64,000 bases of DNA, taken from Paramoeba atlantica (taxonomy: Eukaryota > Protista > Discosea). The notes below the pieces were generated by a model that did no database searches, was not told the origin of the DNA, and was given only the letters and a program-made list of their open reading frames with translations. Below are positions 34,682-44,513 of this stretch, in pieces (the stretch's first letter is position 1; each line of letters starts with the position of its first letter). The stretch spans positions 434,001 through 498,000 of the forward strand of contig CDRNVI010000021.1 of NCBI GenBank assembly GCA_977017575.1, read 5' to 3'. The translations under genes were made by a program, and so were the position numbers.

Positions 34682-36346
34682 ATGAATTCTCTGCTGCATC
34701 ATTTTGACACGGGAAGGCCAATAGCTGCTGCAGTGAATCCCCCCGATCTAATTCAAAAACGTGACCGAGAAACAGGAGGAAGGCTTTATTTTCGTTTTCC
34801 GCCTGAGCCGAACGGCTACCTGCACATTGGGCACGCAAAAAGTATGCGTCTTAACTTTGGCGAAGCTAAGCTCCACAATGGAAAATGTTACTTGCGTTAC
34901 GACGATACTAATCCTGAGTCCGAGAGTCCAGAATATATTTCTGCTATCGAAGAAATGGTAAGATGGATGGGATGGGAACCGGACTGGGTTACTTTTTCGT
35001 CTGATTACTTTGCTCAGCTTTATGAATTTGCGCTCCGCTTGATTGAAATGGGAAAGGCTTATGTAGATCACAGCACGAAAGAAGAAATAAAGAAACAAAG
35101 GGAAATTCGTGTTGAGTCACCGTACCGCAACCGGGGCGTAGAAGAGAATCTTGCGTTGTTTGAAAATATGCGCCGAGGTTTATTGCAGGAAGGCGAAGCT
35201 ACTTTAAGACTTAAAATGGATATGGCGCATGATAATCCGAACATGCGAGACTGTATTGCCTATCGAATAAAATTTTGTGCTCACCCACACGTGGGGGATA
35301 AATGGTGCATTTATCCTTCGTACGATTTCACTCATTGCATCATCGATTCTCTAGAAAACATCTCATACTCGTTATGTACGCTTGAATTCGAAATACGTCG
35401 TGAGTCCTATTATTGGCTTCTTGAGGCTCTAGATCTTTACCGGCCCTCCGTTTGGGAATTTTCAAGATTAAACGTCACTGGTAGTTTACTTTCGAAAAGA
35501 AAGATTAACGTATTAGTGGACACAGGTATTGTACGTGGCTTTGATGACCCACGCTTGCTGACACTTAGTGGTATGCGCAGAAGGGGGTATACACCAGAAG
35601 TTATAAATGAATTCTGCGAGCTAGTCGGCGTTACTCGTGCACAGAATGTAATTGATATTAAACTATTAGAACACGTACTGCGACGGAATTTGGACAGCTC
35701 AGCGCTGCGTCGCTTCGGCATATTGAAACCAGTTTGTGTTATTATTGATAATGTCTCAGACGATTTTTCTCTGCCAGTCACTGCTTTAAATCATCCAAAA
35801 TGTCGCGACTTAGGAACACGTACTCTGATGCTAACGAAGCGGTTTTTTATCGATTCGCAAGATTTTAAAAATGTCGATGAGCGTAACTTTTTTGGCTTAG
35901 CACCTAATCAAGAAAAAGCTGTAGGTCTCAAGTACGGGCCCAACGTTTACTATCAGAGTCATGAGGTAAACGCAGAAACTGGTGAAGTAGACAACGTACG
36001 TGTGACTCTTGACACAGAAAAGACTGTGCGACCGAAAACGCACATTCACTGGCTCAGTGAGTTGCATTCCAACCCTGCTGAGTTTCGCTTGTACGATCCA
36101 CTCCTCGTGGATGATCGTGCTGCCGTCGAAGCCGATTTTTTAAAGTACATCAATCCGAAAAGTGAAAGTATCATACATGGAAGAGTCGAAAAAAGCATCG
36201 TGTCTTTACCCACATTTAATACAGTTCAATTTGAAAGAGTGGGATATTTTACTGTTGATGTAGATGCCACAGAGAAACATCCCGTTCTCAACCGCGTTAT
36301 CTCTTTAAAAGAAGATGCCAAGGTGAGTATGCTGAGAAAGGAGTAA
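34682..36346 (+). CDS. QARS: Glutaminyl-tRNA synthetase (class Ib)
   Basis: FRFPPEPNGYLHIGHAK (HIGH motif), LRYDDTNPE, WCIYPSYDFTHC, CTLEF, LSKRK, VRGFDDPRLLTL, VQFERVGYF. Confidence 0.95.
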   Translation: MNSLLHHFDTGRPIAAAVNPPDLIQKRDRETGGRLYFRFPPEPNGYLHIGHAKSMRLNFGEAKLHNGKCYLRYDDTNPESESPEYISAIEEMVRWMGWEPDWVTFSSDYFAQLYEFALRLIEMGKAYVDHSTKEEIKKQREIRVESPYRNRGVEENLALFENMRRGLLQEGEATLRLKMDMAHDNPNMRDCIAYRIKFCAHPHVGDKWCIYPSYDFTHCIIDSLENISYSLCTLEFEIRRESYYWLLEALDLYRPSVWEFSRLNVTGSLLSKRKINVLVDTGIVRGFDDPRLLTLSGMRRRGYTPEVINEFCELVGVTRAQNVIDIKLLEHVLRRNLDSSALRRFGILKPVCVIIDNVSDDFSLPVTALNHPKCRDLGTRTLMLTKRFFIDSQDFKNVDERNFFGLAPNQEKAVGLKYGPNVYYQSHEVNAETGEVDNVRVTLDTEKTVRPKTHIHWLSELHSNPAEFRLYDPLLVDDRAAVEADFLKYINPKSESIIHGRVEKSIVSLPTFNTVQFERVGYFTVDVDATEKHPVLNRVISLKEDAKVSMLRKE

Positions 36347-36972
36347 TGTGGAAAAGCAAAATTTATTTTTGGTACCCCAATAGCAACTTTGCACGGCGTT
36401 ATTCTCTGTACTTGGTATGCTTATTACGCTATTATCTTTTTATATTCGATCTGTTGTCGTGGATATTTTTAGCGCTTTGGCAGAAACATCTCTTTCTCAG
36501 CTGGTTGGTCGTAACGTTTCTTTGTTAAACGTTGGAACGATATTATTTTGTGCTTTCACTGCACTACTGGCAGATACAAGATATTTTATTAAATAATATC
36601 CATAAATGATTTATGTTTTTATTGGACGCCTTGAAGCACAAGGACAATTATATTGATCGCCTGTGAGATCTAAGAGGTCCAGGAGTGTCCCTATTTTTTA
36701 TGTGAGGTGTGGGTCTGGTAACCCTACAGAATATGACGATTTTTGAGTTTTAAGGTCGTAGAATGATAAAAAGGGGTTAATGTGAAAGCAAGTAATTGTT
36801 GCGTGCCTATTATAATATCGAATGACTTCACGACAAGAAGAGCTGTAAGTGTTTATATTGTGTTTTTTCCATGCGTATATCATTCTCTCCACAATGTTTT
36901 TGGGTCAGTTGTTGTTTTGTAGGATATCCTTTTCGGCTTCTGAAAAGTAGCTAAACAGCATTTCGGTCGGCA

Positions 36973-39453
36973 ATGAGTATTTGGAGTAGATTTAGTGGAG
37001 TTTTGTCTTTGAACCAACTAACTTCTCACGTTCACGCAGGCGAGCTTCAAGCTCCCTTGTTTCTTCTAATCACGAATCGTTTGTTTGGAAGCTCTGCATC
37101 AAGCACCATCCCATTTTGTTCACCATGGAGATTACTGCAAAGTCTTATAATGCAATATTATGGCGTTCATATGAAATTGTATGTGGAACACACGAAGCAA
37201 CTTGAAAACGGGGATAATAGCTTATCCACTGTATTTCTTGTAGACGAAAGTAGTTCTATTCCAAGAGAAGTGATGCTACGAGCAGTTTCTACCAGTACTT
37301 TCGACTTGTGCCTACTGGCCTTAAGAATACGCTTTCCCCAAGAATGTGAAAGATTTCTTCTAAAAAATCCCGCAAAAGAGCGAAATTTGTGGCTACCTCT
37401 CGTAAAGCGCTTTCAGCCTTCTATGAAAATCAAGAATTTGCTACACAGAGACCTTGACACTCCACTAAAGATTGCGAAGGTCGTACCACTAGTAGTGACT
37501 CTTCGCAGGTTACTTCATGAGGTGACTCTCGTTCGCACTATCTCATCAACTCAAGTACAATTGGGAACTTCTCCGCATATATTTTTTTCTCATCGGACAG
37601 TTTCATTCAACCTCAATGGCAATGAATATTCCCTTGGAACATATCGCATGTATCTCGATGCTTTGAAAAAAGGGTTTGACCGTAAACTATACAGTTCATG
37701 GATAAGGCACATTCATGAAGGTTGGGCTATGTATCATGATCTAACATTTTTCTGTAAGTTGAAGATTCTCATGATTCTTACGTACGGCACTTCGTTCCAT
37801 ATTGTTAGTGTGCCTGGACATGAAACGAAAAGATCTCCTTTATCATGTTCTCTTTACATAGTGTTCTCGGAAAACGGTAAAGAAGAGAAGTATCTTCTTT
37901 CAAGGCGGGCCGCATGTGAAAAGGTTAGAAAACTAAATGCACTCCAAGAAGTATGTGCTCTTTACTGCTTAGATATTTTGTTCCCCCGTGACTTGTGGAA
38001 GTTCTCGGCTTTGAGCTCTTCTATGCAAGACGCCCTACAAACCACTTTGGAAGAAGGCTCACTAAAATACTTGACTTTCACTACGCCAATATTTGATGTT
38101 GGGGGAACTCGTCTAATGATTCAAAAAGGGGCAATAGTAAGCGATCCTTCCGTTCTACGGCATCAGAGTCCTCAAGGGAGACCAACATTAGAACCTTCAC
38201 TATCTATTTTAGAATATTCTTTTCCTGGGGACAAACAACGCTGCGCGGATAAAGCGAAAACCAAAAAAAACGAAACGCCGCCGTTGCGAGTGTATCTCGA
38301 TACTTTTTTCGATCACATCCAGAATGACAACATATTGTCGAGTGTGTTACACTCAATATCTCACAGATTGGTCCCCATTATAAAAGTAGATGATAGTGAT
38401 GATGAAATTCTTCGAGGTCTATTTCGTATTGCATATGGTGAGAATATGCTAGAAATCAACACAGTAGATCATATCGTACAGATTGCAAAGGGTACTGAAT
38501 GGGAGCATACTTCCACTTCCGTTAGCGAAGTTCTTGCACAATATTTTCCCGAATGGTGTGACGCCATAGCAATATACAATGACGCTCACTACAATGAAGA
38601 CGAAGATTTCTTATCCAACAAGAAAAGTGTTACAAGTAAAGATACTGCCATACATCCACATCAGGCTTTCCAGTCATTGAACGGGGCCAATCAGAATAAT
38701 CAAATGCTTATGTTATTCCGGGAAAATGTTGGGAGCATCCTTCCATTTTCTCAACACAGTTCGAGACTCTCTCGTTATCGTGCTGAGGCAAAACTCCGCG
38801 TGGGCCCACTGCGTGAATCGTTTTCACATGACGGATTATGCGTACGTCTCGCTTCTTTGAAAATGAAAACCGTGGCCATATGTACTCTGAAGTCCGACGT
38901 ACCAGTTTTGAGAACACTCTTAGATTGCTATGAACAGTTAATATCAACTGAGATTGTAGAAAATCAGGATTCTTATTGTCGGCAAGTGATACTGGGGCTT
39001 CAAAGACAACAAGAAAAAGATGGATTTGGAGGTGAAGATGTCTTAAGCGCCTTTTACAGAGTCTTAAGCACTCTAGTTCTTTTAGAATACGGGTACTCAA
39101 TAAACATTAGTCAGAGCCATTCAGACAAGGAGGTCCAATGGGAATCCTCTATTTTTATTTATCCTTTTAATAATAAGTCTGTCTCGAAAGATATGTTTTC
39201 AAGTCATATTCATCAAGATAGGAATAGCAAAGGGTCAATTCCCAGTCATGATGCATCATGTAAAATATTTCTTGCCGCAGCGCATTCACCAAAAAAGAAA
39301 ATAGCGCTGCTTTCAGCATACTTAATGGCAATAAAGAGACATTTTCCAAAGTATGTGAATTATTTTAGATACCTTTGCCAATTCGTGGAAAAAAAGCAAG
39401 CGTCTCTGGATGGAGCACATACATGTACTTCCCTGGCAACTCTACACAGATAA
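36973..39453 (+). CDS. Hypothetical 826-aa protein with four degenerate internal repeats (possible dsRBD-like fold) and a possible mitochondrial presequence
   Basis: Long uninterrupted ORF on the coding strand. The motif LxxLxxxxYG...FP recurs at aa 52-122, 260-338, 477-526 and 695-792. Confidence 0.8.
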   Translation: MSIWSRFSGVLSLNQLTSHVHAGELQAPLFLLITNRLFGSSASSTIPFCSPWRLLQSLIMQYYGVHMKLYVEHTKQLENGDNSLSTVFLVDESSSIPREVMLRAVSTSTFDLCLLALRIRFPQECERFLLKNPAKERNLWLPLVKRFQPSMKIKNLLHRDLDTPLKIAKVVPLVVTLRRLLHEVTLVRTISSTQVQLGTSPHIFFSHRTVSFNLNGNEYSLGTYRMYLDALKKGFDRKLYSSWIRHIHEGWAMYHDLTFFCKLKILMILTYGTSFHIVSVPGHETKRSPLSCSLYIVFSENGKEEKYLLSRRAACEKVRKLNALQEVCALYCLDILFPRDLWKFSALSSSMQDALQTTLEEGSLKYLTFTTPIFDVGGTRLMIQKGAIVSDPSVLRHQSPQGRPTLEPSLSILEYSFPGDKQRCADKAKTKKNETPPLRVYLDTFFDHIQNDNILSSVLHSISHRLVPIIKVDDSDDEILRGLFRIAYGENMLEINTVDHIVQIAKGTEWEHTSTSVSEVLAQYFPEWCDAIAIYNDAHYNEDEDFLSNKKSVTSKDTAIHPHQAFQSLNGANQNNQMLMLFRENVGSILPFSQHSSRLSRYRAEAKLRVGPLRESFSHDGLCVRLASLKMKTVAICTLKSDVPVLRTLLDCYEQLISTEIVENQDSYCRQVILGLQRQQEKDGFGGEDVLSAFYRVLSTLVLLEYGYSINISQSHSDKEVQWESSIFIYPFNNKSVSKDMFSSHIHQDRNSKGSIPSHDASCKIFLAAAHSPKKKIALLSAYLMAIKRHFPKYVNYFRYLCQFVEKKQASLDGAHTCTSLATLHR

Positions 39454-40033
39454 TTGCGTTCGAAATAAGGGTGCCTATTAGAAACTGTCGATTTAGCATA
39501 ACTGCCGATACTTTTATAGTATAACTTCTCTTGTTTCTCCTATGCACAAACATTTTGCTTCTCGTTTGTGTCTCGTTTTGCTTCTCCATACAATAACGAT
39601 CTAAGATTCTTACATCTTTCTTAAAGAAGAAAAAATAATTATGCGATTTCTTTCTTGCGGTTGTTGTAATTTCTTTTCTTAGTTTTGCTTGCCGTTTATT
39701 TATCTATAGCTGTAGACTTTTTCTTTTCCCGTGAAATAAAGTTTACGTAGGCGGATACTCTTGTTTAACCGTACCTGAGACCAAAAATTGAGCATTGATG
39801 AAAGAATACGGAGTATTCTTCATGTTTTGCAGAGGACAATTTTTTTACTCAATCTCTATAAATTTATTTTTATCGTTACTTTCAGGTACATTTTTCAACC
39901 TCAGACACAGATTTGCTAATACCGTTCAGTCGCATAAACCGGTGGACTTGAACCAAATTTGCACACTTTTGATTAGATTAGTTTACTTTATAATATTGTT
40001 CCCCTTTTTTATTTTACCATTGCTTTCACATTT

Positions 40034-40663
40034 ATGCTAAGTTGTATACTGTTACACGATAGCCAGTTGTCAGTCACACGAGCAAGCAAGGTGCGCGGTG
40101 CTGTGCTGCCTCAGGAGTACTCTCTGTACCAGTTAATACAGAATACGACAAACACGCATGTGTCATGGAGCGCATCGACAGTAGCGTGTGAGTGGGATGG
40201 TGCGTATTGTATAGATGATAAAGTGGTTCGTCTGAATTGGAGTGGCCGCGGTATACGGGGTACATTACGGTGGGAACATCTACCAAGCACACTTCTCTTT
40301 TTCGATGCGGGTGAAGATTCTGACTTTCCCACTTTCGGGAATTTCTACATGCATGACGTTATCTGCAACTCGCTTTGTGGGGAACTACCATTTGAGGTTC
40401 TTCCGAAGAGTCTTGAATATCTATACGTTGGACGAAATAAATTGATCGGAAGTTTTAACGGAAAAGACTTACCTCATCATCTAGTTGAATTGTATCTGCA
40501 TGACAATGAGTTCGATGGCACAATTCATTTTCCGTCTCTTCCTCAAACATTGACAGTTCTCTGTGTTAGCAAAAATCAATATATGTCTGGAGTTTACGTT
40601 GCTTCTCAAAATAGAAATTTGACGCTTATTTGGGATCAAACACTGATTGAGCTCCGTGCGTGA
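40034..40663 (+). CDS. Short leucine-rich repeat protein (LRRNT-like W..C.W.G..C cap plus LP..L..L.L..N repeats)
   Basis: WSASTVACEWDGAYC; LPKSLEYLYVGRNKLIGS; LPHHLVELYLHDNEFDGT. Confidence 0.88.
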   Translation: MLSCILLHDSQLSVTRASKVRGAVLPQEYSLYQLIQNTTNTHVSWSASTVACEWDGAYCIDDKVVRLNWSGRGIRGTLRWEHLPSTLLFFDAGEDSDFPTFGNFYMHDVICNSLCGELPFEVLPKSLEYLYVGRNKLIGSFNGKDLPHHLVELYLHDNEFDGTIHFPSLPQTLTVLCVSKNQYMSGVYVASQNRNLTLIWDQTLIELRA

Positions 40664-40717
40664 GATAGAGTGTCACACATAAATGTTCATAGTACTTTTT
40701 CGAAAGAGCGTGTAATA

Positions 40718-40968
40718 CTATCCCCCCCGATCCTAGCATTGCCTCGGTACCCCCCTGACTAGCGTTGCTTTTTAGACTGAGCGGCATTTTTTTTTGGGGG
40801 GGGGGGTGGATTATGGTAAAAATATACCCTAAAAAGCGTTTGTTTTGTAATCTTCCTCAGTAATTCCACAATATTGTCGGCTGAGCAATTCTTGGGCCCC
40901 TGTTTTTGATCCCCCCTCCTAGCGTTGCTTTTCACCAAAACCAGGCAACGCTAGGATAGGGGGGATAG
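40718..40968. mobile_element. 251-bp MITE-like element with TA flanks and ~28-bp TIRs
   Basis: Left TA-CTATCCCCCCCGATCCTAGCATTGCCT; right, reverse complement, TA-CTATCCCCCCTATCCTAGCGTTGCCT. Internal ctagcgttgctttt copies near 40759 and 40919. Confidence 0.8.
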
Positions 40969-40993
40969 TACTACATAATATGTACATAATATA

Positions 40994-41077
40994 CTGCCCC
41001 CCTCCCCCTAAGCGGACCCGGCCAGCCCCCCCGTTTAAGCGCACTAAAACGAGGTGCGCTTAAACGGGTGGGGACAG
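40994..41077. mobile_element. 84-bp mini-MITE with TA flanks, imperfect TIRs and a perfect 15-bp internal inverted repeat
   Basis: TA-CTGCCCCCCTCCCCCTAAGCGGACC vs reverse complement TA-CTGTCCCCACCCGTTTAAGCGCACC (20/27). cccgtttaagcgcac at 41030-41044 pairs with 41054-41068. Confidence 0.6.
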
Positions 41078-41254
41078 TACTTGTTAAAATTTTAAATTGT
41101 ATGTCATACATATTACGGTGTAATACGGTTATGTAATAGACTTCACAATAAAAACTACTGTCATACTACACGCGTGTAAGTCATATTATACGGTACTTAC
41201 CCGGTAATTTCTGGTCCTTATTTAGTTCTAGAAATACATCAAATTAAATACTTC

Positions 41255-42175
41255 ATGCCTAGCGACAAAGACACAGAGAGTGTTTCATCTCCTCTTGCTC
41301 CAAATGGGGACGAACGAAAGATTATTAGCGCAGTAAAATTTTTAAAGGACAAAAGGGTACAGAATAGTCCTTTAATGGGACAAGTACGTTTTTTAAAGAG
41401 CAAAGGACTTTCTCTGGATGAAGTTCATCTTGCCTTCGAAAAAGCTGGCCTGACGAAGACAATGGAAGAATTACGTCCCATCTTTTTTCGCACTCAAATG
41501 AATTCATCCGATGTTGTGAATACATCCGCAGCCCCAAATTCTTACGGCAATAAATCTACACAGCAGATTGCATACAGTTCGGGACCGCGTTCACCTTCAG
41601 TATCGACTACAGCTTCTGGAACACGTGATAGCACTTGGGCTACTTGGGCTGTACGTTCCATTACAGGTTCTCTTGCTATAATTGGTGCTTACCAATTGAT
41701 GCGATCATATCTACCTTTCGAAGTAAGGTGGAAGGAGGAGTCCTCTGAAAACACTGTTCTAGAGAACGTAAAAGCTTTATCCAGAGAAAATATTGATGGA
41801 TCAGAAGACGTTCAACAGAAACATATTCCACAGCTACGTGAGTCCCTTACACGCTCTGAGGAGGAAGTCTCTCGCCTTCGGCGAGATCGCGTTGACTTGC
41901 AGAGCAATGCAGCAAAAACAAGGGGTGAACTTCAGTCGAAGCAACGGAAACTGGAAGCTGTAGAGGCAGAAAACCGCAGACTTCAAGATGAGTTATACAA
42001 GAAGACCAGTAGTACGATGGCTGTGACCACGACACAGGATGATTCTCAACAACTCTGCGAGCACGCGCAACAAATTAGAAGCGACATTAAAGAAACTATC
42101 GACCAGGTAGAAGCAGCGGAAAATTTGCAAGTGGAAAAGTTTGACGGGCAGCCCGAAACTCGTATCATAAGTTGA
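41255..42175 (+). CDS. PEX14: Peroxin 14 (glycosome/peroxisome docking protein)
   Basis: Pex14_N motif SAVKFLKDKRVQNSP...RFLKSKGLSLDEV..AF, then a hydrophobic segment and a coiled coil. Confidence 0.9.
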   Translation: MPSDKDTESVSSPLAPNGDERKIISAVKFLKDKRVQNSPLMGQVRFLKSKGLSLDEVHLAFEKAGLTKTMEELRPIFFRTQMNSSDVVNTSAAPNSYGNKSTQQIAYSSGPRSPSVSTTASGTRDSTWATWAVRSITGSLAIIGAYQLMRSYLPFEVRWKEESSENTVLENVKALSRENIDGSEDVQQKHIPQLRESLTRSEEEVSRLRRDRVDLQSNAAKTRGELQSKQRKLEAVEAENRRLQDELYKKTSSTMAVTTTQDDSQQLCEHAQQIRSDIKETIDQVEAAENLQVEKFDGQPETRIIS

Positions 42176-42568
42176 GGTCCTTGGCCGATTTTCGGTGGTT
42201 TCTGTGTGCATTGATCATCAGCAGCATTTTGAGATTTATGGGCGAGTACTGGCTGCATCGTAGTCGTCTTGTGGCGAACTTCAGCGTATCAATAATAGTG
42301 TCTTCATATATTATTTAGTCGAGTACTTTTACGCACACATAAGAGAAGCGTACATGTATGAAGCGTAAAATTTGTTTTGCAATCTTTATAAATATGCCTT
42401 ACTTTCAAAAAACATTTCGAAAGAGCTCTTGGATTAAATAGACTGTCTAAAAATCCTACCAGGATAGTACATAAATTTAGAATAGTACATAAATTTAAAA
42501 TAGAATACAGCTTTCGTTAGCCATAGGAGCTCTCCATATTACCTTCTCACAAGCACTTTACATCCCGT

Positions 42569-43213
42569 ATGACAGTGATTTCGTTGCTTTTCCTTTGCTT
42601 ATCCGTTGGTCTAGGGCTGCCCTCACCCACCCGTGTGTCTTGCTTTATGTTCGACCTCGCAGCCAGGAGTTACAAGTGCTTTACCGAGGAATTGCCCCAG
42701 GACTACGCCGTTGCAGGAAATTTTAAAGCCCTTCCGGGATACAGCCAGTTTGTTGATTTTCGAATCACCGATCCTCGAGGGGCCTATGTCCACTCTGATA
42801 GCGGAAAAGACAACAGCGATTTCCGCTTTACCACCGCCTTGGCTGGTGACTACCACTTCTGCATTTATAACCGTCTGGTTCAAGGAGTAAAATACAACGA
42901 AGATTTGTACCGCACCGTGAGTCTAGACCTTCGACTTGGTCCCGATGCCACCGACTACGACGACCTGGCCACTAGAGAACATTTAAAACCTCTGGAGGTG
43001 GAACTGCGTATCATGGAGGACACCATACGTGCGATTAACACGGAGTACGCTTACTTCAAGCGTCGTGAGGCAGAGATGCGGAACACCAGCGAGCACTTAA
43101 ACAGTCGGTCTGCCTGGGTCACCTTCCTGTCCGTTGCTTTTGTCATAGCGTTTGCCTGGTGGCAAATACGCCACATGAAGGGGTTTCTCCGCTCCAAACG
43201 CTTAATAGATTAA
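42569..43213 (+). CDS. p24/emp24/GOLD family cargo receptor (p24-delta/TMED10-like)
   Basis: Signal peptide, KCFTEEL, F.FTT...G.Y.FC, HLKPLEVELR coiled coil, TM helix, FLRSKRLID tail. Confidence 0.9.
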   Translation: MTVISLLFLCLSVGLGLPSPTRVSCFMFDLAARSYKCFTEELPQDYAVAGNFKALPGYSQFVDFRITDPRGAYVHSDSGKDNSDFRFTTALAGDYHFCIYNRLVQGVKYNEDLYRTVSLDLRLGPDATDYDDLATREHLKPLEVELRIMEDTIRAINTEYAYFKRREAEMRNTSEHLNSRSAWVTFLSVAFVIAFAWWQIRHMKGFLRSKRLID

Positions 43214-43399
43214 AGATCGCGTCACAGGTACGTGGGGAGCTACGTATAAGTATGGTTCGCCTTGAAACACACATGTGCTTCGTTTTATTAGTCTTTATAT
43301 CAGGTAGGTGATGCCGAGTAACAGAATCTGTTCTGAGTTTTTCCTCCTATTCTTCGTTTCTAACTTCGTCGACAAAGGATAAAACGGGTATACCTTGTC

Positions 43400-44460
43400 T
43401 TACAGTACACCATCAAGTAACATTCCCTCAACCCTTCCCCAGCGCATTATTTCTCCCTTCTTTCCCTTTCTTTTCCCTCTTCTCCTTTCTTCCTTTTCCC
43501 TCCCCTCCCTCCCCTCCATGTTCGGTGCCCGTTCCGAGTACGACCACGGGGTCAACACCTTCTCCCCCGAGGGCCGGCTCTTCCAAATCGAGTACGCCCG
43601 CAAAGCCATCACCCTCGGCGCCACCGGTCTCGGCCTCACCACCCCCGACGGCGTGGTCCTCGCCGCCGAGCGTCGCCTCCCCTCCCCCCTCCTCCTCCCC
43701 CCCTCCGTGCACAAGATCGTAACCCTCGACCACCACCTCGCCGCCGTCGTCTCCGGCATGACCGCCGACGCCCACACCCTCGTCCACCACGCCCGCGCCC
43801 TCGCCACCGCCCACACCCTCACCTACAACGAGCCCCTCCCCGCCGAGTCCCTCACCCGCGCCACCTGCGACCTCGCGCTCCGCTTCGGGGAGAGCCAACA
43901 CCGGAAGGACAACAACAACCACCACCACCACCACCACAAGGGCTCGACCCGCCCCCCCCCCGCGATGTCCCGCCCCTACGGGGTCGCGCTGCTGGTCGGG
44001 GGGGTGGACCCCGCGTCGGGGGTCTCGCTGTGGTCCACGGACCCCAGCGGGACGTACTGGCGGGAGGAGGCGGCGGCGGTGGGGGCGGGGGCGGAGGGGG
44101 CGCGGGGGGTGCTGGCGGAGAGGTACCGCCCGGGGATGGGGCTGGGGGAGGGGGTGGCGCTGGCGGTGGGGGTGCTGCAAGGGGTGATGGAGGAGGGGGT
44201 GCGGGGGGGGAATGTGGAGGTGGTGGTGGTGGAGAAGGGGACGGGGAGGGTGAGGGTGCTGGGGGAGGGGGAGGTGGAGGAGGTGGTGAGGGGGTTGTGA
44301 GGGAAAGAGGGGGGTTGGGAGAAGGTTTTGTGCTTTTGAAAGAAGGGGGGGTGTGCGGATGTGTGTTCGAGATGGGGGAGATAAAGGTTGGCTTTTGAAC
44401 TTTTTGGATGATAGGGGTATTCCATGAGTGGATAGGGGTGTGTGTGTGTTCGTGGGGTAT
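43400..44460. other. C-rich to G-rich strand-skew island 1 (switch near 43978)
   Basis: 43681-43740: 35 C / 6 G. 44221-44280: 41 G / 2 C. The skew extends into both flanks of PSMA5. Confidence 0.95.
43518..44300 (+). CDS. PSMA5: 20S proteasome subunit alpha-5 (260 aa) with an Asn3-His6 loop insertion
   Basis: MFGARSEYDHGVNTFSPEGRLFQIEYA; GLTTPDGVVLAAERR; SGMTADA; LALRFGE...MSRPYGVALLVGG...DPSGT. Confidence 0.93.
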   Translation: MFGARSEYDHGVNTFSPEGRLFQIEYARKAITLGATGLGLTTPDGVVLAAERRLPSPLLLPPSVHKIVTLDHHLAAVVSGMTADAHTLVHHARALATAHTLTYNEPLPAESLTRATCDLALRFGESQHRKDNNNHHHHHHKGSTRPPPAMSRPYGVALLVGGVDPASGVSLWSTDPSGTYWREEAAAVGAGAEGARGVLAERYRPGMGLGEGVALAVGVLQGVMEEGVRGGNVEVVVVEKGTGRVRVLGEGEVEEVVRGL

Positions 44461-44513
44461 GCTTTGGGAAACTTACAATCCGTATTTTTTTTTCTTTTTT
44501 ATTTCCATACTAC

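Noticed and set aside
43400-44425. Long overlapping ORFs around PSMA5 (43428-44180 minus, 43400-43822 minus, 44030-44398 plus) and similar ones in the other islands
   Set aside because: The Gly/Pro/Arg low-complexity products result from stop-codon depletion in the skew islands.
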